From Antedon mediterranea (Eukaryota; Animalia; Echinodermata), in NCBI RefSeq assembly GCF_964355755.1, contig NC_092673.1, forward strand, positions 2,914,001 to 2,978,000: a DNA stretch of 64,000 nucleotides, given 5' to 3'. Made by a program: the position numbers and the translations under genes. Below are positions 1 through 11,900 of the stretch, piece after piece. A model generated the notes under the pieces. The model saw only the letters and a program-made list of their open reading frames with translations. It searched no databases and was not told the origin of the DNA. How positions within the stretch are numbered: position 1 is the first letter of the stretch; the number at the start of each line of letters is the position of its first letter.

Positions 1-1214
1 AAGAAATTCCAGACATAGCCTCCTCTTTGTTTTGGTCCTCGGAAATCTCTTGCAACTCTCTAGTCTGCTGTTCTGCATGAATTTCATTGTTCAAATCTTT
101 ATTACTATTGTCTTGACAATGTTCTCCAGACACTATTCTCTCATCACTCTCATCTGGTGATGTCATCTCATGTGATGGCACTCCTTCTGGTGATGTCATC
201 TCATGTGATGGCACTCCTTCTGATGATGTCATCACATGTAATGACACTCCTTCCGATGATGTCATCACATGTAATGGCACTCCTTCTGGTGAAGTCATCT
301 CATGTGATGGCACTCCTTCTGATGATGTCATCACATGTGATGGCACTCCTTCTGATGATTGCCTTTTCTCTAACACACCAGCATTGTCACTGTTAGAATC
401 ATTAGCTAATTCAGACGCAATTGGTATAGAAGTTTGGTGGTCTTTTCTAACAACATCCTCCGCTTTTTCATCGCTTTCTTGTGCCTTTGGTTCACTACCA
501 ACTGATGCCATGATTTGTGATTCACTTTTGTTAATCGTCATTTTCTTCAGTGGTGGTTCAATCTTCTCATTCTCCGATGTGTCTGTATTTGTTTCAATGT
601 CTCCAATTTGGTTTGTTGTTGGATCAGTAGTTTCAGATGGTAAGGTATCTTGGTTTCTCTTAGATCGAGGCACATACAGAGCCTGATCAGGTTTCCGTGA
701 TTTTGGAACATATAATGCTTGATCAGGTCTTTTTGATTTCCTTTATACAATAACAAGATAATACATTTTTATTATTTTTTGCATTACACTATAAAGCTCT
801 GACTACACTATCAAACTTTATGCGAAAAAAAAAAATGTGATGTGCTCATATATGGACATGATGATATACACTACTATATTTGGGTATATCACAATATTTG
901 GGCACATCACACTTTTTTTGTCAAACTAGTTTGATAGTGTAGACTGCGCTTTAGATATTTCATAATTCAAGCTTATCAATACACACCAATACAGATCAAA
1001 CACTTGATACTGGCCTACATTACCTTGCTTTATCTGTAACTTTCTTTCTCTGTTTTTCATTTGTAGACTTTTGGTGCGATGCCATTAAATAGTCTTTGTC
1101 ATTTGGTGAGGTTTTACTTTCCACCTCTCTGTCACCGGTGGTGGTATTATATACCTTTTTTTTCCCCCTTCCTCGTCCCCTACCCACTGGTTCCTTGTTG
1201 GATGCACTCTGCAT
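1..1214 (-). CDS. R3HCC1L: R3HCC1/R3HCC1L-like protein, N-terminal part (gene continues past the left edge)
   Basis: ATG at 1214 in exon 1218-1024, which has a phase-2 GT donor. AG acceptor into exon 740-<1, which is open wherever I translated it, including the window end. Translation contains KRPDQALYVPK and RKPDQALYVPR, matching the RRPDMALYVPK N-terminal motif of human R3HCC1L, followed by a long acidic disordered region. A probable non-coding first exon ends at the donor at 2051. The diagnostic C-terminal RRM lies outside the window. Confidence 0.72.
156..358 (-). repeat. 33-bp coding tandem repeat, about 6 copies, encoding SSEGVPSH(V/E)MT-like units
   Basis: Unit gtgatgtcatctcatgtgatggcactccttctg lies in frame within the R3HCC1L-like exon. 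Confidence 0.9.
795..950. mobile_element. MITE family A (PIF/Harbinger-like), about 19 copies in the window
   Basis: TIR AGCTCTGTCTACACTATCAAAC with TWA flanks and an internal gtgatgtgcccatatatggacatgatg core. Other copies at about 4373, 7243, 8955, 10502, 19511, 21689, 27278, 30099, 37106, 40217, 46669, 48741, 53554, 54392, 56248, 57433, 60687 and 62138. Confidence 0.85.
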
Positions 1215-2050
1215 ATTTCTGGAAGTCAGTAAAGCATACATTTTAATGTTCAGTAAATTAAATATCAATGCATTACAAACACAATAATTGTAAAAGATAT
1301 AAAATATTATAGATTTTTATTTTATAATAATAGGCTACTCTTTCATTTAAAAAAAAGCATTATACTTTAGCTTACATATAGTTTGGTAACTCAAATATGA
1401 ATGGAACTTAAGTACCTTAAGTAATCTGAGCAGACAACAGTTTGCCTGTTGTCGCCCTCACCAACAGAGAAGCTAGACAGGTTACAAAAATCTTCTTGAA
1501 CTATTTGATGAGTCAAGAACCGATAATGGCTAAATAAAGGTGGGAAAACGAGAACGCTACAAAATACAAATTGATGATGGGGAAATTAGTGGTTAATATT
1601 AATTCATATAATAATTGTGAATAGAAAAGAGAAAATTATACATTTACTTAAAATTACATTTTTTTTTATAATGATAATGTAATGAAAAAAAAATACATAT
1701 TTTAAAAATGTTTATTATTTTAATACAGTACTAGGCTAGCCTAGGGCTAGTCTAGGCCTAGCCTATACTGTTAACTAGCCTACCTAGTAGATAGGTCTAG
1801 ACTAGAGTCTAGGCCATAGGCCTCTTTATTTAATTAAGAAATATATTTGTGTCCAAACAACATAAAAAGGCCGTCAGCGTCCCGTAACCACTTGACGACG
1901 GGCTAGGCTATCAAATTGTACTTGTCAATCAGGCAGCCGGACAGGGAATGACGGCCTCGTCGCTCGACAACTAGGAAAAATATTTAATTAATAGGCTCTA
2001 GGTAGGCCGCGCCTAGGAAGGACTAGCCAAGTTCTGACAAATCAAAATAC

Positions 2051-2340
2051 CTTTGTTTCAGGTTACAGTTTTCAACAAAATGTGTTATATCTAACAGAAC
2101 AAGATCATAAAATATACACTCTTCTGTAGAAAGATATCGGTTGTCAATAACGTACGCCAGTTTCACTAACTAATAAAACAGCAAACACAAAACAAAACGA
2201 ACAATAAATATTTTTTTGTAATAAAGTTTTTTTTTGGTTTAATTGCGCCCTCTTTATTATTTGGCACGAACTACTTACTGAAACGAACATGTGGTGGTCT
2301 AAAACGGTGAAACACTGTGAAGCGCTACGAAGTAAACAAA
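2051..2340. promoter_or_regulatory. Bidirectional promoter shared by the R3HCC1L-like gene and POLL
   Basis: Head-to-head genes. A - strand donor at 2050 and a + strand acceptor at 2829 imply non-coding first exons on either side. GCGCCCTCT motif at about 2245, with TAGGCCTA-rich sequence in both first introns. Confidence 0.6.
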
Positions 2341-2958
2341 CTAAATTTTTATGTTTTTATTTGTATGCTTTTTTATTTTTAAATGTAGAAAAGTGTGTTC
2401 TAAATGTGTGCTAAATAATTTCAGAGTAGATCCGCTGCTTTGTTTGCAGTAGGCCTAGGCCACCAGCTCTCTATCTTAAGAAAGTAGGCCTCCTAGGCTA
2501 GGCCTCTAGGCTAGTATACTATACTAGTATACTGCAGTAGGCCTACTGTACTACTCTAGGCCTCTAGTCTAAGCTTAGGACTAGCCTTTCTAGCTAGCTA
2601 AGTAGCCTAGAGGGCCTTTTAGTAGGCCTACTAGACGCATTCCTAGGCTAGCCTAGGCCTACCATAAAAGTACAACATAAACCCGAAACTGAAACTAAAA
2701 CTAAACTGCAATATAATTAGATCCTAATTGAGAACAGTGATTTGCTCCGTTCCCAAATTTTATAATATTTTATGTTCATATTTAAAAAATATTATTAATA
2801 ATTAATATAGGCTATTGTTTTTTTTCCAGAGGAGCATGTTACATATTACGCATCTGTATCATTATAAGTAACTCATATGTATTCTAATCTTAAAATGTAG
2901 ACCACATCTACAATATAATGGCCATAACAAAATTGTTTTAAACCAACCTGATTAAACT

Positions 2959-5900
2959 ATGGAGGCTTCTGGAGGTATTGTGAAAAGTCCAAAAAATAAA
3001 AGAAAACATTGTGATGACAAGCCATTAGAACATTCTGGTGGTTTCACAAAAAATAAAAAATTTAACCATAAAAAACAGAAAATTGAAAAAGACCATGCTA
3101 TGGGGTCTTTAGGGGTGGATGTTCAATCAGGTTTTCTTTCAGGAATTGTTGTACTAATTTTAAAAGCGAGTTTGAGTAAAGCTCGGCATGAAATATTTTC
3201 CAAACAGGTACTTAAAAATGGCGGAAAAGTAATGACAGAAATCACCTCAAGTACAAGTCATGTGATAGTTGCCGAGGAAATGACCCCAGAAAAACTGTAT
3301 AGAATTTTAAATCTCGATAAATGCGTTTATTTGAATGAAATTAAAATTGTTAAAGCAAATTGGCTGAGTGAATCTTTGGCTGAACGTAAATTAATTGATA
3401 CTCATGAATTTGAAATTAATTTAAATGCATATATTGCTAATATTAATGATAGTAAAAAGGTTGAAACCGATAAAGATGACGATCATTTAAAAAATATTGC
3501 CCCGGCTTCAGGATCAAAATGGACTAGTCCCAAAAAATATGAGCCTAAAGCTAATGATATAGATAGTGATGATAGTAGCTATGTTCCAAGTGAGGATGAC
3601 ACTGATAACTTAAATGATCAACATCAGTTAGACAATGATCATGATGTTTCAGAAAGCTCTTCAAATGTTTTTATAAAATCTGCAAATAAATTACCAGTAA
3701 GTGTTCATGTTATTTTTTTATGATAAGATAAGATAAGATAACTTTTATTGATCCTCAAAAAGGAAATTCATTGCTCGTCATAATAACAAAGAAAACGCAA
3801 TAAAAACAAATATAGCATAAAACCATTCATATAAAAACATCTAAAAAAATACAAGATAAATTATCTTCTTGACTTCCTGTTGTACTGGATGATACCGGAG
3901 GGAATAAAGGATTTGGCATATTTGATATTTGAGTTTATTTTCAGAAATGTCGATAATTGAGTTTATTGTCAGAAATGGGTAATAAGATCTTTAAGCAATT
4001 GGATGTTAAGCGTCAGGATTTAGTCTAATGACAAATTACAACTCCACTCCCTTGTAATAAAACTTTGTTTATGTAGACCATCTTGTATATGTTTGTCTAG
4101 TAAACAGGATTGCCACCTTTAAGAAGGATAGTGAATGAACTCGCTTGTGGTTATCCTTGGCAATTTTCCTAAATATATAAACCAGGAATTACAACTCCCT
4201 GTTTAAACAAAACAAACATTGATAAATATCAGATTTAACTGTGTTATCTTTTTCATTTTACAGAAGGGTGATTGGGCCTGTGCAAAACCATCAACCAACC
4301 AACCAGTCAATCTCAACAAACATATTACGGATAAATTACAGGTTTAGATTTCTCTCTCTCATCATAATATTAAGCTCTGTCAACACTATCAAATGTGACA
4401 AAAAAAATGTGATGTGCCCATATATGGACATGATGATGTCATATCATCACTGTACCACATCTTTTTTGTCAAACTAGTTTGACAGCGTAGACAGAGTTTT
4501 ATACTACTGTATTTACTGTTTTTTATAACAGAAATTATTAAAAATAAACATTATTGAATTAATGCAATGTTTAAAATGTATACTTTACATTTAGGTATTA
4601 CAAAATGCATATGAAAACACGAAAGACCAATGGAGAGCATTTGGCTACAAGAAAGCTATCAATGCTCTTAAAAAACACCCCACTAAAGTGACAACGTGGG
4701 AGGTAAGCTTCAGATTAATTTATGCTAGCACGATAAACAGTCGATGATAAGTTGATAAATATGTATTTTTCCTACAGAAAACAAATAAAATCGAAAAGGT
4801 TTTCATCCTAGAACTATATATGATAACCATTTACGTTGACATTGATGAAAATAATATTTTCACAAGTGTAATTAGATGATTTTGACAAGACAACAATTTT
4901 ATTGTTCTTATTGATCATGACATCATTTGACAGGAAAGACAGCATAAATGGTTATCCTATATAGTTCTAGAATAAAAATTAATAATTTGTCACATTTCAT
5001 TAAACCTTAAGTTATCTTTGACCGTTGACCGAATACTAGATAGCATGCCCTCTGTTGCTCTCTTCATTTTGCCAAGTATTTCGTCCAGTAATTGCATAAT
5101 TAATTTATTTAAAAATTTGTTTAAAATCATTGTTAGGAAGCAAGTCATATACCAGGCGTTGGATCAAAACTTGCAGATAAGATAACCGAGATAGTTGAGA
5201 GTGGTCACTTACGAAAGATAGATCATGTTTGCAAAGGTGAAGAAATGGAAGCATTGAATAAATTCAATAATATTTGGGGAGTAGGACCAACAACGGCTCA
5301 AGGCTGGGTGCAACAGGTAAGTATTGTACATATAAATAAAACACTTCAATTAAAGACCACATTTTGAACCGAAACTGAAAAAGGCTGCTCCCAAATATGT
5401 ATATTCCATTTCTTGAAAGTTTGTAAGGAAGAGTTCATTCATTTAGAGGGGTGTTAATTCAATGAGGACGGAGGTATGCAACCCAGGATGCTGTCTACCG
5501 ATTGCCATATATAACATATATACAGAATCCACTTCTACTTTAGAGATTCTCTCATTATCGTAAACTTTATATTTTATTCTCTTAAATTTTGATTTCATGA
5601 ACATCTAAACTAAAGTCCACCAACATAGCGGTAACAAAAATAAAGTCCACCAACATAGCGGTAACAAAAATAACTAACATAATCGTACAAAATCTGTATC
5701 CGTAACATACAAACACCATCTCCGGTTATCGCGTACGTTGGTTAGGGTCCTTGCGTTGCGTCGCTAGTGGGAACCACGCTTTAGGGTCATGTCAAAAAAA
5801 TATGATGATGATAATAGTAATAAATAATAATGTTTTATTCAGGGATATCGTAGTCTGGATGATGTGATGAAAAATATAACGTTAAATCGACAACAGACAA

Positions 5901-8900
5901 TTGGTATGAAGTATTATGATGAATTTCTTGAGCGTATGCCAAGGGAAGAAGTCCAAGAAATACAAACAGTTGTAAGATTTTCTAGCTATTATAAAAAAAC
6001 AATCTTTTATCGCTGCTTTTTTTCATTATGGTGATTTCCGAGCAATTCAAGCATATCAAAGTAGAGCGATACTTGATGTAAGGATTTAGTTCAAAGCAAT
6101 CAAAGTTAATTTACCTTACCAAAAGCTCATTATGTTTATGAAAAATCCCCAGAGAACTCGGTGTTTGTTTCGCAATTAAATCATTTTAATAACTTTGAAA
6201 ATTTATTCCTCTGAGACTGATATTGTTTAGATTAATATCACGGAATATCACCATTGATGATATATAGATAGTATTAAATTATTGTATCTAATTCTTACAA
6301 GTTTTATGTTCCTCTTTTAAGGTTACTAATACGGCACATGAAATCAACTCTGGTTATGTTTTAACAACATGTGGATCATTTCGTCGAGGTAAACCAACAT
6401 GCGGCGATATTGATATATTAGTCTCTCATCCAGATGGCAAATCGCATAAAAATGTTCTTGGAAAACTGCTGGATGCACTAAGGCTAAAAGGTAAGAAATT
6501 TAATATTCTATTGTAACACGTAAATAAAATTGCGTAAGTTTGCTGTACCCATCATTTTCGTGGAATAACTACGCAAATATTCAACCAATTGGAACGCTCG
6601 CCTTGGAAAATAACTATGCATATATTCAACCAATTGGAACGCTCGCCTTAGAATAACTACGCAATTGTTCAACCAATTGGAACACTCGCCTTGGAATAAC
6701 TACGCATATATTCAACCAATTGGAACGCTCGCCTTGGAAAATAACTACGCATATATTCAACCAATTTGAACGCTCGCTTTGAAATAACTACGCAAATATT
6801 CAACCAATTGGAACACTCGCCTTGGAATGACTATGCAAATATTCAACCAATTGGAACACTCATCTTCATGGAAATGAGGTGAATAGTATATCGCCAACCT
6901 TCGACCTCTTCGTCATGAATTAAATTGCAATACTGTTATCATATCGTTACAACAGCCTTTCGGCTAAGTCCCGCATTTCCCCTATTTCACATTATTTAAA
7001 CAGGATGTCAGAATGGAATTTTGTATTTCTGCTATTTCATGCAAGTTACTGTAATATATATGTTCTTTAAAAGGGATTACTGTTTGTTTTTAAATTCTAA
7101 AGAAATAGGTTGAGAGGAATTGAAACATATACATTATCTAAACTGAATCTTGTTGCCACCCCAACCTTCTTATCATCTGTCATACTAGATGATACTGTCT
7201 AAAAAATAATTGCTGTTAAAAACAAAGCCTCCAGTCCAGCTTAACCTCTGTCTACACTATCAAACATTATGTGACAACAAAATGTGATGTGCCCATATAT
7301 GGACATGGTGATGTCATATCACTACCATATTTGGGCACATCACACTTTTTTTGTCAGACTAGTTTTATAGTTTAGACAGAGCTTTACAAAAGACTTACAG
7401 TGGGTAACCTTCAGCAAAATTATGCGTACTGCTCTTCAATTTATTCTATTAACTTTTTCACAGTAATCTTGCATGTATTGAAGATTATGAATCAAATTGC
7501 TTCATTTTAAACCTAATAGAAAGTGAAACGAAAATGATAAAAATTTTCCTGTGGTTCTGCATAAATCAGTTATAATGCAGCAGTAAAGTGTAAAAGGAGG
7601 TTTGGCCAGATGTGGGCCTGGCGAATCATTAGGCTTTTAATTGTAAATCAAAATACAATTTAAATGTATGTGGACCAGCTTGATAACCTTTGGCATTAGG
7701 CCTAATTTATTCCATTCATTATTTTGCTTGAATTAAGTTGGTCTAGGTTCTTCTAGACCGAAATTAGTAAAAAGATAACAATTTTGGCACATATGGCGTT
7801 TCATACGTATAATACATGAGCTCATTTTGATCAAATTTTTGACTGCTTACAAAAGACAACTTGGGGCAAGTCTAGTATTAAGGTTAAGAAGCAAATTTCT
7901 TCATTTGAATTAACGGAATAATCGTAGAGCAACATTATTGCTCCATTTAATAATAATAATAATAATTACAGTTTTACTTTGTTGTGGTCTATCCAAAATA
8001 AATCCATAATAGTAGATTGATTCCATTTATGTGCAATAAATTAAATATTGTTTGTTCATTCAATTAATCTAAACTAATTCCTTACCCAAGGCTTTAAACA
8101 AATCACCTAAAGACTTTATTATACCAGATAATGTTTCAATAATAATAGATTATCTTTGCTAACTTTATCACTTTAATTTAAAAATTTAATATCATGCGAT
8201 TAATCATGACGTAAGAACAGTATTATTATGAACATTTCTGTAAAAAAAATAAACTCTCATGCAGGTGTAATATTTTAAAATGAGAGGAGATGAATCTAAT
8301 GTGCAGTTAGTTGGTTAGTGTAATTTATATAACACCTATATAAATTCCTGTCATTTGATTGGACGAATGTGGGTCACATGGCGTGCAATAGTACGCACTA
8401 TTCAACGATCGTTAAATAGTACTTTTTGAAACATTTTTGTGTACGAAAAAAAAACGTCTAGATGTTATATAAAACAAATAATGAATGTTTTGTATTCGTG
8501 TAATGGTACAAATAATGGCACTTGGTGAATGATGAAAGGTTATATCAACTCGGCTTTGCCTCGTTGATATAACCTTTCATCATTCACCTCGTGCCATTAT
8601 TTGTACCATTGCACTCATAAACATTCATTATTTGTATAATATTCATATTAGGACATGGTCTGATTTCTTAGTGAAATACTTACTGTTATCATTCATTCCC
8701 AGAGCACAATATATAACAGTTAGAACTTAATTTTGTAATAATTTATTGCATTTTTATGTAATAAATATTTTTTTTAAATTTTACATTATTTTCTCTATGA
8801 AGGCAATGTATGTATGTAGTTTTAGGGTAAACTATAGTAAATTGATTGATCATTTTAATCTAGCCTATTATTGAGTTTATGTATTTTGATGAAAGAGTCT

Positions 8901-11900
8901 CAAGAGGCAGGTAGGGAGGGGGGAGGCAGATTTTACTTGAGTTATCTAATACACCATGTCTACACTATCAAAGTAGTTTGACAAAATAAGTGTGATGTGC
9001 CCAAATATGGTAGTGATATTCCTAAATATGGTAGTGATATGACATCATTATGTCCATATATGGGCACATCATATTTTATCACATAAAGTTTGATGGTGTA
9101 GACAGAGCTTCACACCCCTAGTTAAAGTAGGTTTATTGTTTCAAATTCTGTATTCATGGAGTAGTAGTCATACACTTTGATTGACATAATCAACTTGTAC
9201 AAAGAGAGATGGATGCCGGCATTTACTAATAAATGTTTCTGTTACAGCATCCGCAGGCAGGTAATCTCAAATTTCAAAACAACTTCGTTTCGTTGCACTA
9301 CAGTAAAACAAATTATTATCTATAGTGTCATGACTATTTACTGGTTTGACATTTGTATTTCGCCTGCTGCTTCTGTAGTACATCATGATCGTCATCAACT
9401 CACTGGTATTCGCACCCTGTGGATATAGCCAATTGATCATTTAAGTTGCTCATCCGTGTGGGTTTTCACGGACATTCAACTTTTTTTAATTACAGAGCTT
9501 GTTTTTATATATTGTGTGACAATTAATCGGTGATTCCCTTCGTTGTTGTTAATCCAGTGTGTGTAATGATGTTATAACTACCAATATAATTCGCTGATTA
9601 TAAAACCGCATAAAGCTTGGTTCCCACTAGCGACGCGACGTAACGCAACCTACGCAACGTACGAAAATGCCCTTCTAAAGCGTGGTTCCCACTAGCGACG
9701 CAACACAAGGACGTAACGCAACGCAAGTGAATTGACCAATATCACAAGCGATGGCTTATTCGCTTGTGATTGCTAACTGTCTATAACTTCGCTTGTCATT
9801 GGTTAAAACGCTTGCGTTGCGTTTACGTCCTTGCGTTACGTTCTAGTGGGAACCAAGCTTAATAATTGTGTTTGCCCCGGCCGTAATACGTCGCTGCGTT
9901 GCGTCCTAGTGAGAACCACGCTTTAGAAAGAAATATAGAGAATAAAAAAAATGGTATTGAAATTTAATATTATACAAATACGTACGCTAAAAAAAGCACT
10001 ATTGAACGACCGTTCAATAGTTCGCTATGCACGCCATGTGACCCACAGTCGTCAGGAATCTATTTAGGTGCTATATAATATCAAATATTACGTATATATC
10101 CAATAACATTTATTCAATTAATAATAATTAATTAACTCTTATGCTATGATTTTATCCAAATTCCCTCACTTGCACTGATGAAGGGCTAGTGTTGCCCGAA
10201 AGCTCTGCTAACTTTTCTGGCTGTTTACTTTATCGTTTTGATTTAGCTTTTCGCTTTTTTTTTTGTATCTCCATTGAGATCCAGCCACTGATACCCACAG
10301 CATTGTCATTTTTTTCAGTAATTTGCCTTTGGATTCAATTAATAATAATATATATCTGTAATCGTTGCACGTAATACCGTCTTACATAATCATTTTCTAA
10401 CACAATTAATATTATAAGTAATGCCCAGCTACAGGTAATATGTGTGTAATAATGATTGATAGATGCAGCTTACACGAAGCATAAATAAATGAGCCATGTT
10501 AATCTCTGTCTACACTATCAATCTTTATGTGACAACAAAATGTGTTGTGCCCATATATGGACATGGTGATGTCATATCACTACCATTTTTAAGCATATCC
10601 CTACCATATTTATGTAAAACTAGTTTGATAGTGTAGACAAGTGCTTTATACACCAAGTGTTGTAGATCGTATGTGTAGCCTACGTACAGTTTTTTTTTTA
10701 AATATCATTTCATTATTTATTCGGTCTGTTTCAGTATATACATAACAAAAAAAACTGAAATTGGGGAGACCAGGGTCAACCTAAGGGAACTTAATCACTG
10801 TAGCTGTTAATATTTTAAATCTTAAAATCCCAATTGACTTTTACCTGGGACCATTTATCATAGTAGACCTAAGTTTAATCGTGGGTCTAATTGATAGGTG
10901 CATGCTTTATAATCGTATTAAGAACCATATCCGGATTGTGCACACGGATGATGCGGACACAAATGATGACACGTCACATGACGTAATCACCAGAATACGT
11001 GTTGTCAAATAGATAAAGAAATAATAATAAAAATGATGAATGATCTTTACCTCACTATTATTCCGACAAGTTGTGAGAAAAAAGATAATGATTTGTTTTG
11101 ATTAGAATATGGTGACGTTGGCGACGGTGTCATGTGACCATACCCTTTGATTTTAGTAGTATGACGATTGTGATATTATTATTGCGAGAAAAATGTGATA
11201 TACTGAAATTTAATTAATTTGAAACGATACTGATGAGGAAATCTGTGAGAATGAGAAAAAGTCGCCCAACCGAGGCTCGAACCGGAACCTTCTGCTTGAT
11301 ATGCAGATGTCCTAACCATTAGACCACTGGTGCTTTCATGGTATTGTTCAAACTCGATTGGATAGCGACTCTTTAAAATTCTCGTTTATATATATAAATA
11401 TGGAACACCGTTTACGCAACATTTCGATGATATGAATTTTATGACGCGATATGTGAATGAAATGCATCGATATGAATTGAATGGCGCGACATATGAATGA
11501 AATGTTTTGAATTGAATACTTTGAATTGAATGTTTTGAATGAAATGTTTTGAATGAAATGTTTTGAATTGAATGTTTTAAATAAAATGTTTTGAATGAAA
11601 TGTTTTGAACGAAATGTTTTGAACGAAATGTTTTGAATGAAATGTTTTGAATGTAATGTTTGAATTGAATTGAAAAGTCAAACTATTGGCGGCGTATGTC
11701 ATTCCCGCTCGCGATTTTTTTTCAACCTCTTAGGCCTAAGCCTAAGCCTGGACACCCTCATCTTCTTTCCACGCTGTCATCAATATGGATCCTTTACAGA
11801 GAATCCTAACAGACCTGAAACATTGGAATATTTATTTTCGAACCCAGATCTGTTAGGATTCTCTGTAAAGCAAACACCTATCAAGTGATGATTATTAAAG

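Noticed and set aside
157-686. + strand ORFs of 79 and 100 aa
   Set aside because: Antisense shadows of the - strand R3HCC1L-like exon and its repeat.
1-1214. DPCD as the head-to-head partner of POLL, as in human
   Set aside because: The translation is long, low-complexity and carries R3HCC1L-type motifs; it shows no resemblance to DPCD.
11262-11333. Functional tRNA-Asp(ATC)
   Set aside because: Broken acceptor and T stems, atypical anticodon, and part of a dispersed repeat.
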